DNA of 37,010 nt from a virus (Duplodnaviria > Heunggongvirae > Uroviricota > Caudoviricetes). Where the stretch lies: IMG/VR virus record IMGVR_UViG_2778261177_000006; one strand, written 5' to 3'. Below the pieces are notes generated by a model, which was not told where the DNA came from, searched no databases, and saw nothing but the letters and a program-made list of their open reading frames with translations. Positions 9,857 through 18,942 of the stretch are shown one piece after another. The position numbers and the translations under genes are program-made. Every line of letters starts with the position of its first letter. The first letter of the stretch is position 1.

Positions 9857-12592
9857 TTACACCTGTGACACGTTGTACCACGTTCCGTTAATTAACTTTT
9901 GTATTGGTCTGAATACTGCCGGATCGTCGCCATCAACTTCGCCGACAATGCCAAGCCCGGTAATTACATGGCCTGATTTCTCATACATCACGCCTTTTTG
10001 CATGGTCTGAACAACACGTGTGCCAAGTCGGACATCCCTCACGTATCGGCCATCAAAATTGCCGTAATCCGAGGGGTTAACGCGCCCCGTAATATTTACG
10101 GTTTTATTACTCTGAATGCTTCCGGAAACAAAGCGCATAACATGGACGTTATTAGCATAAACATCCAGATTACCATCGCCATTTTGTTTAAAGCCCGTGT
10201 CATTATCACCCAAAACAATCGAATTACCGCCAAGAGCACTGGATGTTCCGATACCCAGAGCACCATTCAATTGACCACCAGATAACGACAGTGCACCGAC
10301 ATCTCCCGCTGTAGGTTTTCGCGTTGTGGTATAAAACTCAGACCAGTCAGCCTCGAATCCGTAACCGTCACGAGCAGAACGATAAAAAATACCGCCGTTC
10401 TTATAATTAACGCGGAACTGGGCGGCGGGGCAACTTCCTTCACCGATATTAAAATGAAGAATTAACGTTGATGCCCCACCAATATTTGCGTTATAGGCTC
10501 CGCTACTCCAGTTCCATCCAACGGCTTTATCATTCGCAACGGTGTCTCCTGTTTTTCCTGAAGCAAATGCACCAATATTTTTCGGCGTCAGGTTAATATC
10601 TGATGTCCCATCAAACGAAACGTTATTAATTTTACGGGCTGTTTTCAGCTTTGTTGCTGTCGCCGCATTGCCGGACAGTTCACCAGAAAGGCCAGCACTG
10701 AATGTTTGTTTCGCGCCCCATGTCTGGGCTTCGTCAATGATTGGTACTCGTCTTGCTGTGATCGTGCGGCTTCCCGGATTTCCTGAAATACGCACCATAA
10801 AAAAGCGGTAGTTCGCTTTACTTACAGTGCTGCGCCATACATGCATTGAGCGCCCCGTACCGGAATCATCACTCGGACCAACTGCGATGTTTATCAGGTT
10901 GCCATCAATGACGCCCCAGTCCATACCGTCGGGAATATTGGTCATATTATCCAGCCGAACGGTTATCAGACTGCCCGGCACAAAATCGTAGGTCTGCCAG
11001 TCCAGACTGGATAGTTTTGCCACTGCGCCACCGATGCCCAGATTCAGGGGAAGTGAATAAGATGTGTAAACTTCCCGCCATTCGCTCCATGAGCTGCCGG
11101 TAAAAACGCGCTCAAACGTGCGACCTTTAAGGGTTGTACCTGTTCCGGCAGTTGTATAACGCTGCCATACGTTAACACCATCAAAGCGCCTCAACACTTC
11201 CAGAATACCGAGGACTGTCACGCCGTTTCCGTCCAGTATTGGACCGTTGGTCGCTTTACCTGTAACGCTGTAAATACCTGGTGAAGTCACATCATTCAAA
11301 TCCCCGTCGTAATAACGACTCTCTGACTGATGACCGACTCTTAACCACGGTTCCCACTGCGGATTTGATGCATCCCAGCTTGCCGCAAGGCAGCGGACGT
11401 ACATATTTCCACGGCGAGTGGTATAACGTTGCGTTCTTCCATAATTCCCGCCTTCGAGGATCTCAAGCGTCCCCTGAGCAAAGCCGCCTTCCTCTGGATA
11501 ATTGCGTTCATATGAAGCTATAGCCGAGCTACTGTTACGCCATAAACCAAGATGCTCGGCGGCTCCAAGCGTATTCAGGTCTATAGTCGTACTCAAAGGG
11601 CGGGTAGCTGATTGAGTGTGACGCCATATGCCCCACGGACCATCAGAGCCATTCCACTTATTGGCGAGTCTGCGCATGTATACATTGCCGTCTCTCGTGG
11701 TGAAGCGTTGCGTACCTGCAAAATTGCCGGCAGCAAAAACCTCAAGCACACCGACAGCATTATCTTCCGGGAAATTTTTCTCCAGTGTTGCGTTAGTTGA
11801 GGTAGCTTTAGACCAGATCCCCAGATAAGCCTTAACGGGACCAAATGTATTCAGATCAGCATCAAGCGGCATTTCGCCATTGTTTTTCATAAACGTCAGG
11901 CTGGTAACGCCAACATTGCCCAGAAAAGCGCCCTTATCTGGAATATCGCCACCGTTCTGGTCTTTCTGCAGACGTTTCTCAGCATTGTCATAGGCTGCTT
12001 TTACTGCCTTTGGCGTTGCCGCCAGCTTTTCACTGGTGCTGTTTGTTGCACTGCTTAACTGGGTAAAACCTTTTTCTGTCAGCGTGGCGTCAGGATGGCG
12101 GCGGGATTGCTCATGCTCTGCGATTTTGTCATCGACGTAATCCTGCGTCGCCATCACTGTGCTGGCATCAATACTCAGCTCAACGGACGCCACGTTGCTG
12201 ACAATAATAACCATGCGGCAGGTCTGCGCGCGCCCGGAGCCTTCAGCGAGTTCAGGTTTATAGCTTTCCGCCATGTTAGCGACCGCAATCAGTGTTCCGG
12301 CATCGTCATACAGACCCAGCTCACGCATCCAGAAGCCGCCCACTTCTGGCGGTACAACCAGTTCAGCCACGATATAGTTTTTATTCTTGTTATCCACGCT
12401 GACTTTATTCAGAGCGTGACGCCAGACCTCATGCACCAGTTTCGTCTGACCGGCATCCGGCACCGGCAATTTGCCATTACCGTCACCCACGGCCATTGCA
12501 GACAGAGTTACTTTTTTCCCGCCGGGGACAGTGGCGGCTGCCAGCTTCGCGGCTCCGGCAGTAGTGATAACGGTTTTAAATTTCGTGCTCAT
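9857..12592 (-). CDS. H: Tail fibre protein (P2 H-like, 911 aa) with internal repeat modules
   Basis: Conserved N-terminal baseplate-attachment region followed by repeated segments (FPEDNAVGVLEVFAAGNFAGTQRFTTR / YPEEGGFAQGTLEILEGGNYGRTQRYTTR) and a Gly/Asn-rich C-terminus. Confidence 0.85.
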   Translation of the reverse strand: MSTKFKTVITTAGAAKLAAATVPGGKKVTLSAMAVGDGNGKLPVPDAGQTKLVHEVWRHALNKVSVDNKNKNYIVAELVVPPEVGGFWMRELGLYDDAGTLIAVANMAESYKPELAEGSGRAQTCRMVIIVSNVASVELSIDASTVMATQDYVDDKIAEHEQSRRHPDATLTEKGFTQLSSATNSTSEKLAATPKAVKAAYDNAEKRLQKDQNGGDIPDKGAFLGNVGVTSLTFMKNNGEMPLDADLNTFGPVKAYLGIWSKATSTNATLEKNFPEDNAVGVLEVFAAGNFAGTQRFTTRDGNVYMRRLANKWNGSDGPWGIWRHTQSATRPLSTTIDLNTLGAAEHLGLWRNSSSAIASYERNYPEEGGFAQGTLEILEGGNYGRTQRYTTRRGNMYVRCLAASWDASNPQWEPWLRVGHQSESRYYDGDLNDVTSPGIYSVTGKATNGPILDGNGVTVLGILEVLRRFDGVNVWQRYTTAGTGTTLKGRTFERVFTGSSWSEWREVYTSYSLPLNLGIGGAVAKLSSLDWQTYDFVPGSLITVRLDNMTNIPDGMDWGVIDGNLINIAVGPSDDSGTGRSMHVWRSTVSKANYRFFMVRISGNPGSRTITARRVPIIDEAQTWGAKQTFSAGLSGELSGNAATATKLKTARKINNVSFDGTSDINLTPKNIGAFASGKTGDTVANDKAVGWNWSSGAYNANIGGASTLILHFNIGEGSCPAAQFRVNYKNGGIFYRSARDGYGFEADWSEFYTTTRKPTAGDVGALSLSGGQLNGALGIGTSSALGGNSIVLGDNDTGFKQNGDGNLDVYANNVHVMRFVSGSIQSNKTVNITGRVNPSDYGNFDGRYVRDVRLGTRVVQTMQKGVMYEKSGHVITGLGIVGEVDGDDPAVFRPIQKLINGTWYNVSQV

Positions 12593-12602
12593 TGTTTCTC
12601 AC

Positions 12603-13130
12603 TTATCCGGGATAAACAGTAATAACATCACCATCACAGACCACACCGCCTGTATACAGATAGCCGGGAATGTCCTGGATAATGTTCAGGCCGATAAGGT
12701 GGCGACTTGCGGGTTTGGCATCGGCAATCAGCCGTTCCATTTCCAGATACATTTCCTCGGTCACACCACTGTCCAGCGTGCCAACATCAACCTTGAATGT
12801 TCCGGGTTCGCCGTCGAACTCCCACCACTCAGACACACGAATGAGATATCCCAGCGGCTCAATGGCCCGGCGCAGTGCGCTGATGGTTCCCTTGTGTCGG
12901 TGTATCAGCCATGCATCACGAATCACCTGTCGCTTTGTCTCTTCCGGCCAGTTGCGATCCCAGCGGTCAACGGAAAATGCCCAGGCGAGATAAGGCAGCA
13001 GATGCACCGGGCAGGTGTCCGGCGACCACAGCGTGTTGAGGTCTACCGGAATGTCTGTAATGCGCGCTCCGACAGCTTCGGCGCAACGCATGAAATTGCT
13101 GGCTGATGGCGGTAACAGTGAATTACTCAT
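12603..13130 (-). CDS. I: Baseplate protein I (start taken at MSNSLLPP)
   Basis: Position between J and H; about 175 aa from the chosen start, matching P2 gpI length. Confidence 0.8.
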   Translation of the reverse strand: MSNSLLPPSASNFMRCAEAVGARITDIPVDLNTLWSPDTCPVHLLPYLAWAFSVDRWDRNWPEETKRQVIRDAWLIHRHKGTISALRRAIEPLGYLIRVSEWWEFDGEPGTFKVDVGTLDSGVTEEMYLEMERLIADAKPASRHLIGLNIIQDIPGYLYTGGVVCDGDVITVYPG

Positions 13131-14019
13131 TACGCCCACCTTCGCTGATGGTGAATGACTCACAGCGCGCCGCCTGTATGTTGCTGATGGCCATATTCTG
13201 TGTGGGTTCGATTATCTCCACGCGTTGAACACCGTGCACATGCAATGCGGCAGCAATGGCGGACAACGCCACGTCCTGACCGATAAGCCCCTGCTCAGCC
13301 AGCCACTTCCTGAACGACGATTCAGCCGCAGCCAGAATAGGTTCGGATTCCGGGCCGGGATAAAAGTACAGTTTTGCATTCAGCCGCCATGTCACGATTC
13401 TGGCACTCTGTACGGTCAGGCGGTCGGCCACCGGGCGGGTATCCTCTGCATTCAGAACGGCACGAACGGTATTAAGCAACGCCTCCGTTGCTGTGCCGTC
13501 GCCTTCAGTGGACAGGATGGAAACCGTCACGTTGGCCGGAGACGGACTGATAGCCCGCGCATCACGCACCAGACCGCTGGCGCTGCGGGCAAAATACTCG
13601 TATGCACCTGACGGGCCAGCAACACTCAGGCCGTCGTACGCCCGCTGCGCCCGCAGTCTCAGCGAGGTGTCACTCTCCATCACCGCGTCGGTGGTATCCG
13701 TTGCCGGAGTGATGGTCAGGCGCTTTGTGTTCATATTGCCCGCGAGGTTGTCCAGGTCTGTCCCGGCGCTGTGGCTTAACATGCAGGCGCGTGCCCCCTC
13801 ATTGACCCGCTGGCGTAACAGCATTTCACGAAACGCTGTTGTCTGGGCGATAACGTTCAGGGGTTCCGATTCCAGCTCCAGCGCGGCGGAGACGGCTTCA
13901 CGCTGTTCGGCGGGATAAGCCGCAATCATCATGGCCTTTGTGTCAGCCAGAATTGCCTCAAAGTCAGGTTCCGCGATGATGGCGGGGTCCGGTAACTGTG
14001 AAAGGTCAACGGCGGGCAT
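13123..14019 (-). CDS. J: Baseplate protein J (298 aa)
   Basis: Size and position within the conserved V-W-J-I-H-G order. Confidence 0.85.
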   Translation of the reverse strand: MPAVDLSQLPDPAIIAEPDFEAILADTKAMMIAAYPAEQREAVSAALELESEPLNVIAQTTAFREMLLRQRVNEGARACMLSHSAGTDLDNLAGNMNTKRLTITPATDTTDAVMESDTSLRLRAQRAYDGLSVAGPSGAYEYFARSASGLVRDARAISPSPANVTVSILSTEGDGTATEALLNTVRAVLNAEDTRPVADRLTVQSARIVTWRLNAKLYFYPGPESEPILAAAESSFRKWLAEQGLIGQDVALSAIAAALHVHGVQRVEIIEPTQNMAISNIQAARCESFTISEGGRNE

Positions 14020-14022
14020 GAT

Positions 14023-14373
14023 TTACTCCCTCAGCGTGATGGTTAATTCAACATTCTGCATGGTCTGCATGACAGTGCCCGACAGCGTCACCCCGGCGCG
14101 GCCTCCCGCTTTCCAGACAACGTCGATGGCATCCAGGGCAATGCGGGGTTCCCATCGTGTCAGCGCAATCACGGCAGCACTCATGCATTGCAGACGCGTG
14201 GTGTTATTCATGGGTTCGTCAATCAAATCAGGCACAAGGCTGCCATATTCCCGTCGCATAACCCGGCTTGCCAGCGGGGTGGTCAGGATGTCCCTGACTG
14301 ACTGTTTCAGGTGCTCCATATCGTTCAGGTTTCCCGTTCCGTCCGGGTTCATTCCTGTGTAGCGGGTTGTCAC
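14023..14373 (-). CDS. W: Baseplate protein W (gp25-like, 116 aa)
   Basis: About 115 aa between V and J; start overlaps the V stop. Confidence 0.85.
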   Translation of the reverse strand: MTTRYTGMNPDGTGNLNDMEHLKQSVRDILTTPLASRVMRREYGSLVPDLIDEPMNNTTRLQCMSAAVIALTRWEPRIALDAIDVVWKAGGRAGVTLSGTVMQTMQNVELTITLRE

Positions 14374-14951
14374 TGCGGGCCTCCTGTCGAATCGCTGCCG
14401 CCTTTCACGCCACCGTGTTTATGCGTATGCACGGTAATGCCGTTTGAGGTGAAGTTGCCGCCGCTGTGCGTGATATGGCCGCTCATCTTTCCTCCTTTTG
14501 TGACGTCAAGCGTCGCCGTTCTCAGAAGGTTTGTGCATTCCACGACGGGCGTATCCAGTGTCACGCTGACGGATGCCTGCAGGGTGGCTGTTTTCATGCC
14601 GCTGGCGCTCAGTGCGCCTGCGTCCGCGTCGTAGCGGAACACCGCGCCATCCGGCGCGCTGACCACGATTTCTTTCAGGCTTTTGCCGGGGGCCGGACTG
14701 GCATCACTCCACAGGCTGCCAATTATCATGGCGGTTTCCGGGTTGCCGCCAATGCAGGCAATTACCACCTGTTCGCCTGGTGATGGCGGCAGCCACACAT
14801 TGAAGGCTCCCGCGCGCGTGGTGTTCCAGCGCAGCCAGCCTGTTTCCAGTTCGCCGCTGCGAACGCGCACGCGCCAGGACTTCTCATCAACTTCAGAGAT
14901 GATCCCGGTGCGGATGATATTGCTCAGCAGTCGCATGAGTTCTGCGCTCAC
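14370..14951 (-). CDS. V: Baseplate spike/assembly protein V (193 aa)
   Basis: Position and size; Gly/His-rich C-terminal tail typical of spike proteins. Confidence 0.85.
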   Translation of the reverse strand: MSAELMRLLSNIIRTGIISEVDEKSWRVRVRSGELETGWLRWNTTRAGAFNVWLPPSPGEQVVIACIGGNPETAMIIGSLWSDASPAPGKSLKEIVVSAPDGAVFRYDADAGALSASGMKTATLQASVSVTLDTPVVECTNLLRTATLDVTKGGKMSGHITHSGGNFTSNGITVHTHKHGGVKGGSDSTGGPQ

Positions 14952-15592
14952 CGTACAGCCTCCGCAATCCGGCCCAGCACCGTGTTATAAATCAGGCGTT
15001 CATCTGCCTGACTGATGCCCAACAGCTCACGTACCGGGTAATCGGTGAAAATGCCCGGCGCAACCTGATCGCGCTCACCGAACTGATGAACGCGTGCAAT
15101 ACGTGCGGCCACGCCGCTGTAACCCACCGTCACACCGGAAGCATCCGCACGGGCTTTCAGGTAGCGGGCGGTGCGCAGTTTTACGAACATGGGGACGCGC
15201 TTTGTGCTGTCCTGGTTGATGCGCCGGGTGCGTATTTCCAGAAAACGGTCGATGTCATCCCGGTAAAACGTGCGGATATTGTTTTTATCCTCATCCCACC
15301 CGGTAATGGTTCGCCCGTATTTCCCCGTGTCGTGATGCCAGTTTTTCAGCGTGCGTGCTTCGTTATTCCAGATAAAGCGAATGCACTCCTGTATCCGGGT
15401 TACGCGGCGTCTGCGAGGTGTCCACGCGGTCCCGTCCGGCGCTTTCTGTGACCGGATACGTGCCTGCTGGGCGCGGCGTAAATCCTGTGCCAGCTTTCTG
15501 GCGATGTTATTGATGGCCTGCTGATTCAGGCTGTCGCGGATGGCCTCAAAGGTTTCATCCACGCGGGTGAATGCCTTATCCATCGCTTTCAC
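14948..15592 (-). CDS. S: Tail completion / virion morphogenesis protein S-like (214 aa, non-ATG start in track; internal ATG at MDKAF possible)
   Basis: Position after R in the P2 order; longer than P2 gpS, so the call is by synteny. Confidence 0.65.
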   Translation of the reverse strand: MKAMDKAFTRVDETFEAIRDSLNQQAINNIARKLAQDLRRAQQARIRSQKAPDGTAWTPRRRRVTRIQECIRFIWNNEARTLKNWHHDTGKYGRTITGWDEDKNNIRTFYRDDIDRFLEIRTRRINQDSTKRVPMFVKLRTARYLKARADASGVTVGYSGVAARIARVHQFGERDQVAPGIFTDYPVRELLGISQADERLIYNTVLGRIAEAVR

Positions 15593-16043
15593 CCCACGTC
15601 ACATCCTGGAATACATGCGACCAGTCGCCTTCGGAAGAGGGCAGACGGGGTTTTGGCTCCGGCAGGTGTTCTGCCTGCGGTGTGCCCTGACTGTTGCGCG
15701 TAATGCGAACGCGTTCCCGCAGGGGGAGCGTAAACAGGAGATCGGCGCTATCATCGTCATTGATAACGGCGGAAAATTTGATGTCCTGATTACGCTCCGG
15801 ATTGAGCAACAACTGTGGCTGATTTTCGGATAACCACGCCAGTAGCGGCAGCGTGAGGTCGTCCAGCTCCCCGGCGTAATCCATGACAAACATCACCATC
15901 TGATAGCGGTAAACAAACGAGGGAGTTTCTCCGGTCGTTTCAATGTTGCCGCTCTCCACGAAAATGGTGAATTTTTCCGGGTTAGCCTGACACCATCGGC
16001 ATGAACGGGTCATGGCTTCACGCAGGGAATCAGTTTTCAGCAT
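15576..16043 (-). CDS. R: Tail completion protein R (155 aa)
   Basis: 155 aa, equal to P2 gpR, directly after the lysis genes. Confidence 0.75.
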   Translation of the reverse strand: MLKTDSLREAMTRSCRWCQANPEKFTIFVESGNIETTGETPSFVYRYQMVMFVMDYAGELDDLTLPLLAWLSENQPQLLLNPERNQDIKFSAVINDDDSADLLFTLPLRERVRITRNSQGTPQAEHLPEPKPRLPSSEGDWSHVFQDVTWGESDG

Positions 16044-16320
16044 GGTTGTTATCCTCGTTGTTCAGTCGTTGCAGCCTGCGCTGTTCCAGTAATTCAATGG
16101 CCTGTTTATCCGCGTTACAGGTTTCCAGTGCATCCAGAAGGCGGTCGCCCCATATACCGAGATTTCCCCATGTGGGAGTGTCAGGGAAGGGGGGAGGCGT
16201 TACCGGTATGGTCAGCGTCTGCGGTATAAGCCGGACTGACGGCGCTGGCCGTGGCGCGTTCTGCGTGCCTGCGCAGCCTGTCAGTAAAACGAGCGTCAGG
16301 CAAAGCGTGGGCGCATTCAT
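16030..16320 (-). CDS. Outer-membrane spanin (LysC/Rz1-like lipoprotein), partly embedded in the i-spanin gene
   Basis: Signal peptide with lipobox (LTLVLLTGC) followed by a proline-rich segment; starts inside the i-spanin ORF in another frame and extends past its end. Confidence 0.6.
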   Translation of the reverse strand: MNAPTLCLTLVLLTGCAGTQNAPRPAPSVRLIPQTLTIPVTPPPFPDTPTWGNLGIWGDRLLDALETCNADKQAIELLEQRRLQRLNNEDNNHAEN

Positions 16321-16588
16321 CTTTTGCAATATCGTTGCGTAGCTGTTCACGTCTTACCTCTCCGTCCTGATTGCGTTGCTGATTTTCCACGCGGAGTTGC
16401 GCCAGCACCTGCTGCATATCCTGTACCCCGGCGCTGATGATATTCAGGGTGTCGGCGGTACTTTTCAGGGTGCTGGCCTGCGCTTCGTTTCTGGCGTTCT
16501 CCCGGCCCAGCGACCACGACAGACGCATGGATGTTCCCCATCCGGCAATCAGAAGGAAAGCGACGCCAAGCGTGGGCCAGAGCTTCAT
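16181..16588 (-). CDS. Inner-membrane spanin (LysB/Rz-like), start at MKLWPTLGVAFLL
   Basis: N-terminal transmembrane helix then a charged coiled-coil region; ATG overlaps the endolysin stop. Confidence 0.6.
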   Translation of the reverse strand: MKLWPTLGVAFLLIAGWGTSMRLSWSLGRENARNEAQASTLKSTADTLNIISAGVQDMQQVLAQLRVENQQRNQDGEVRREQLRNDIAKDECAHALPDARFTDRLRRHAERATASAVSPAYTADADHTGNASPLP

Positions 16589-16977
16589 GCCGGATAGGCT
16601 CCGTGTGGTAACTGAAAATGCGGTCCGTCTTTCAGGGTCTTCCAGTCGCCGCCCCATTCCACCGGAATATTCAGCTCCCGGCTGGCCTGTCTGAATGCTG
16701 CTGCGATTTTTTCGTACAGCGGCCATTCCCATGACACCTGGCTGCCGATATAAGCCACAACATCCACGGCATGTCCCGTAAGGTGGCGGCTGTTCATGGT
16801 CTGGCTCTTACCCGTGGCCACCAGTTGCTTCTGGCGGTAACGGCTGCGCAACCCTTCGGTGATACCAAAATCCACTTCCGAGATTTCCAGTGCCCGTCGG
16901 GTCACTTTCACCAGATCAGGATTTACGTCCTGCAAATTCTTTTCGCTCCGGCTGCTGAATTTAAATGTGTTGCTCAT
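16585..16977 (-). CDS. Endolysin, peptidase M15 (L-alanyl-D-glutamate peptidase type), 130 aa
   Basis: SRHLTGHAVDV-type metal-binding motif and size typical of small M15 phage endolysins; AGGAGAAGG RBS; located between holin and spanins. Confidence 0.75.
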   Translation of the reverse strand: MSNTFKFSSRSEKNLQDVNPDLVKVTRRALEISEVDFGITEGLRSRYRQKQLVATGKSQTMNSRHLTGHAVDVVAYIGSQVSWEWPLYEKIAAAFRQASRELNIPVEWGGDWKTLKDGPHFQLPHGAYPA

Positions 16978-17297
16978 TCGTCCTTCTCCTTCACCCTGCG
17001 ATTAAAGGCCGCAATAACCTTGTCGCGTGCTTTCTCTGCCCCCATAAAACCGATTGATGCGCCGATAAACGTCACGGCATCTTCAGGAAACCCGAAGAAG
17101 CGCAACGACCCGGCCACGGCCATGGCAAGAACGCCGCACGCCAGCGATCCCGTTACGGTCTGAACCAGTGTTCGTCCGTCATAAAGACTCATCAGCGCGG
17201 AAATGCTGACCGCCGCGCCTACTGCATACACCGTTGGCAGGTGGTCAAAGAGCCACGCAATAACCTGCTCTGTGATCCCTGTTTGAATGGTGCTCAC
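16974..17297 (-). CDS. Holin (about 107 aa, probable GTG start just after the gpX stop)
   Basis: Three hydrophobic segments with a charged C-terminus (RRVKEKDE); sits directly upstream of the endolysin; GGGGGGAG precedes the GTG. Confidence 0.55.
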   Translation of the reverse strand: MSTIQTGITEQVIAWLFDHLPTVYAVGAAVSISALMSLYDGRTLVQTVTGSLACGVLAMAVAGSLRFFGFPEDAVTFIGASIGFMGAEKARDKVIAAFNRRVKEKDE

Positions 17298-17299
17298 TG

Positions 17300-17500
17300 C
17301 TACTCCCCCCACAACTGAATCATTTCTCGTTTCTTCTTCTCCGGCTCCGGCATCTCCACTTCCTGCCCGGCGTCCAGAAATACCTGCTGACAGAGTCCGG
17401 GGTTGGCATCCAGCACCTTTTCGGTGACGCCCTGCGTCGTGCCGTAGTACCGGAAACAGAGCGAATCCACGGTGTCGCCTTCCAGTGCCTTCACTTTCAT
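17300..17500 (-). CDS. X: Tail protein X (LysM-like, about 66 aa)
   Basis: MKVKALEGDTVDSLCFRYYG...VLDANPGL matches the P2 gpX pattern (QGDTLDAICVRYYG...VLAANPGL); start overlaps the gpL stop. Confidence 0.7.
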   Translation of the reverse strand: MKVKALEGDTVDSLCFRYYGTTQGVTEKVLDANPGLCQQVFLDAGQEVEMPEPEKKKREMIQLWGE

Positions 17501-18003
17501 CAGCACAATTCCGCAAAGATTCGCGGGCGGCACAGAATGTCAGAGATGGCCCAGCTCACATCGCGCCACAAATCCGATGTCTGTATATCCAGTGCGTCCG
17601 CCCGGCGGTCGCCCTTGTCCGTTGTGTCCGCATCGCGGTAACGCTCCAGAATCAGGGCGCGCGTGGCGGTATAAACAGCATTGCGCCAGTGCCAGAGATT
17701 GACGCTTTCTCCGTTAATTACGGGGGCCGGAACATCGGCCAGCGTCTGATGGCCAGCCGCCTGCTGTTCCTGCTGCCATGCTTCCAGCTCGCGGGTAACG
17801 TGTGCCACAGCCCCGGTGGCAGTATGCAGCAGGCGGGAGGTGGTCACGCGGCCCGGCAGTCGTACCGCCAGACGCAGCTCGCGCAGCACAATATCCGGCC
17901 AGAATGCACCCGCTGAAATGCGGGTATCGCCATCATCGGTATCGGTGATGTCGTCCTCTGCGGGTCTGGGTTCAGTTCTGGCAACCATACTCATGGGGTT
18001 CAC
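17500..18003 (-). CDS. L: Head completion/stabilisation protein L (167 aa)
   Basis: Size and position between small terminase and X. Confidence 0.8.
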   Translation of the reverse strand: MNPMSMVARTEPRPAEDDITDTDDGDTRISAGAFWPDIVLRELRLAVRLPGRVTTSRLLHTATGAVAHVTRELEAWQQEQQAAGHQTLADVPAPVINGESVNLWHWRNAVYTATRALILERYRDADTTDKGDRRADALDIQTSDLWRDVSWAISDILCRPRIFAELC

Positions 18004-18096
18004 TCCTGAAAAAAATCGGGCGGTGGGTGCGCGGTGTAAACGGTCACGGAGTCAAACCGGAACACCGCGCACGCCGCCCGCTGACGGGGTCAGTCG

Positions 18097-18897
18097 TTAA
18101 CCGCGCTTCGCCTTCTGCGTCGCGGTGGTTTTTCGTGTTGCAGGCTTCCGCGTTGTCTTTTTACTTTTACTGCTTTCGTCCTGCGTCTGCTGTGCGCTGG
18201 CGTCTTCTGGTGCGACTGCGGAATCGGCTTTTTTCAGGGCGCGGGAAAGGGTTGCAATCTCGCGTTTCACACCTGCGTTCGGGTTCAGGTGCATTGCTTC
18301 GCGCAGCAGCTTCAGTGATAAGGCCATGTTGTCTGCATCGCTCAGACCACGACGGGCAAAGGCGCATGCCTTGCATAATTTGGCGCGTACTTCGTCCGGC
18401 ATGTCCTGGTCGGTGACAATCTCCCGGAGGGTGTCCAGTGGTTCGATAAAGGCGGACAAATCCGCGTCGGCATCCGTCCCGGCCTGCGTCAGCACTGGAT
18501 TGCAGATTTCTTCGGTCAGCACTGTGGCAGCAGTACGGCCAAAGTTATCCGGCATGATGAGGTTGTGACGGACCACATACGCGCCGATACGCAGCGCAAG
18601 CGGAAGATCGCCGCAGTCAATCGCCCACACCATCAGCGTGGCAATCACTTCATCCTGCTGCCCGCCGTCAGCCTCCAGTGTTCCCTCAATCCAGCCGGAA
18701 AAGTCCGGCAACAACTCTTTTTTGATGGCGGCTTTCGCGCTTCTGGCCTGTACGCCCTTAAGCCGGGCCTGTGCCAGACGCAGACGATACAGCACCTCTT
18801 CATGCGCGGTACGCGCGGCGTGGTCCACGCCTTCATTTGCCCGGCCTGCGCGCTGTGCCATCACGTTCTGCCAGTGTTGCTGTGCAGGAGTAATCAT
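18097..18897 (-). CDS. M: Terminase small (endonuclease) subunit M-like (266 aa)
   Basis: Position after the major capsid gene; basic Lys/Thr/Arg-rich C-terminal tail; GGAGAG RBS. Confidence 0.8.
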   Translation of the reverse strand: MITPAQQHWQNVMAQRAGRANEGVDHAARTAHEEVLYRLRLAQARLKGVQARSAKAAIKKELLPDFSGWIEGTLEADGGQQDEVIATLMVWAIDCGDLPLALRIGAYVVRHNLIMPDNFGRTAATVLTEEICNPVLTQAGTDADADLSAFIEPLDTLREIVTDQDMPDEVRAKLCKACAFARRGLSDADNMALSLKLLREAMHLNPNAGVKREIATLSRALKKADSAVAPEDASAQQTQDESSKSKKTTRKPATRKTTATQKAKRG

Positions 18898-18942
18898 TTT
18901 TTCTCTCCGTTACAGGCGGGCATGATGCCCGCCGTGAGTTGA

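Noticed and set aside
12095-13106. Plus-strand ORFs of 175 and 211 aa
   Set aside because: Antisense to the tail fibre and baseplate I genes; His/Cys-rich low-complexity translations typical of reverse frames of GC-rich coding DNA.
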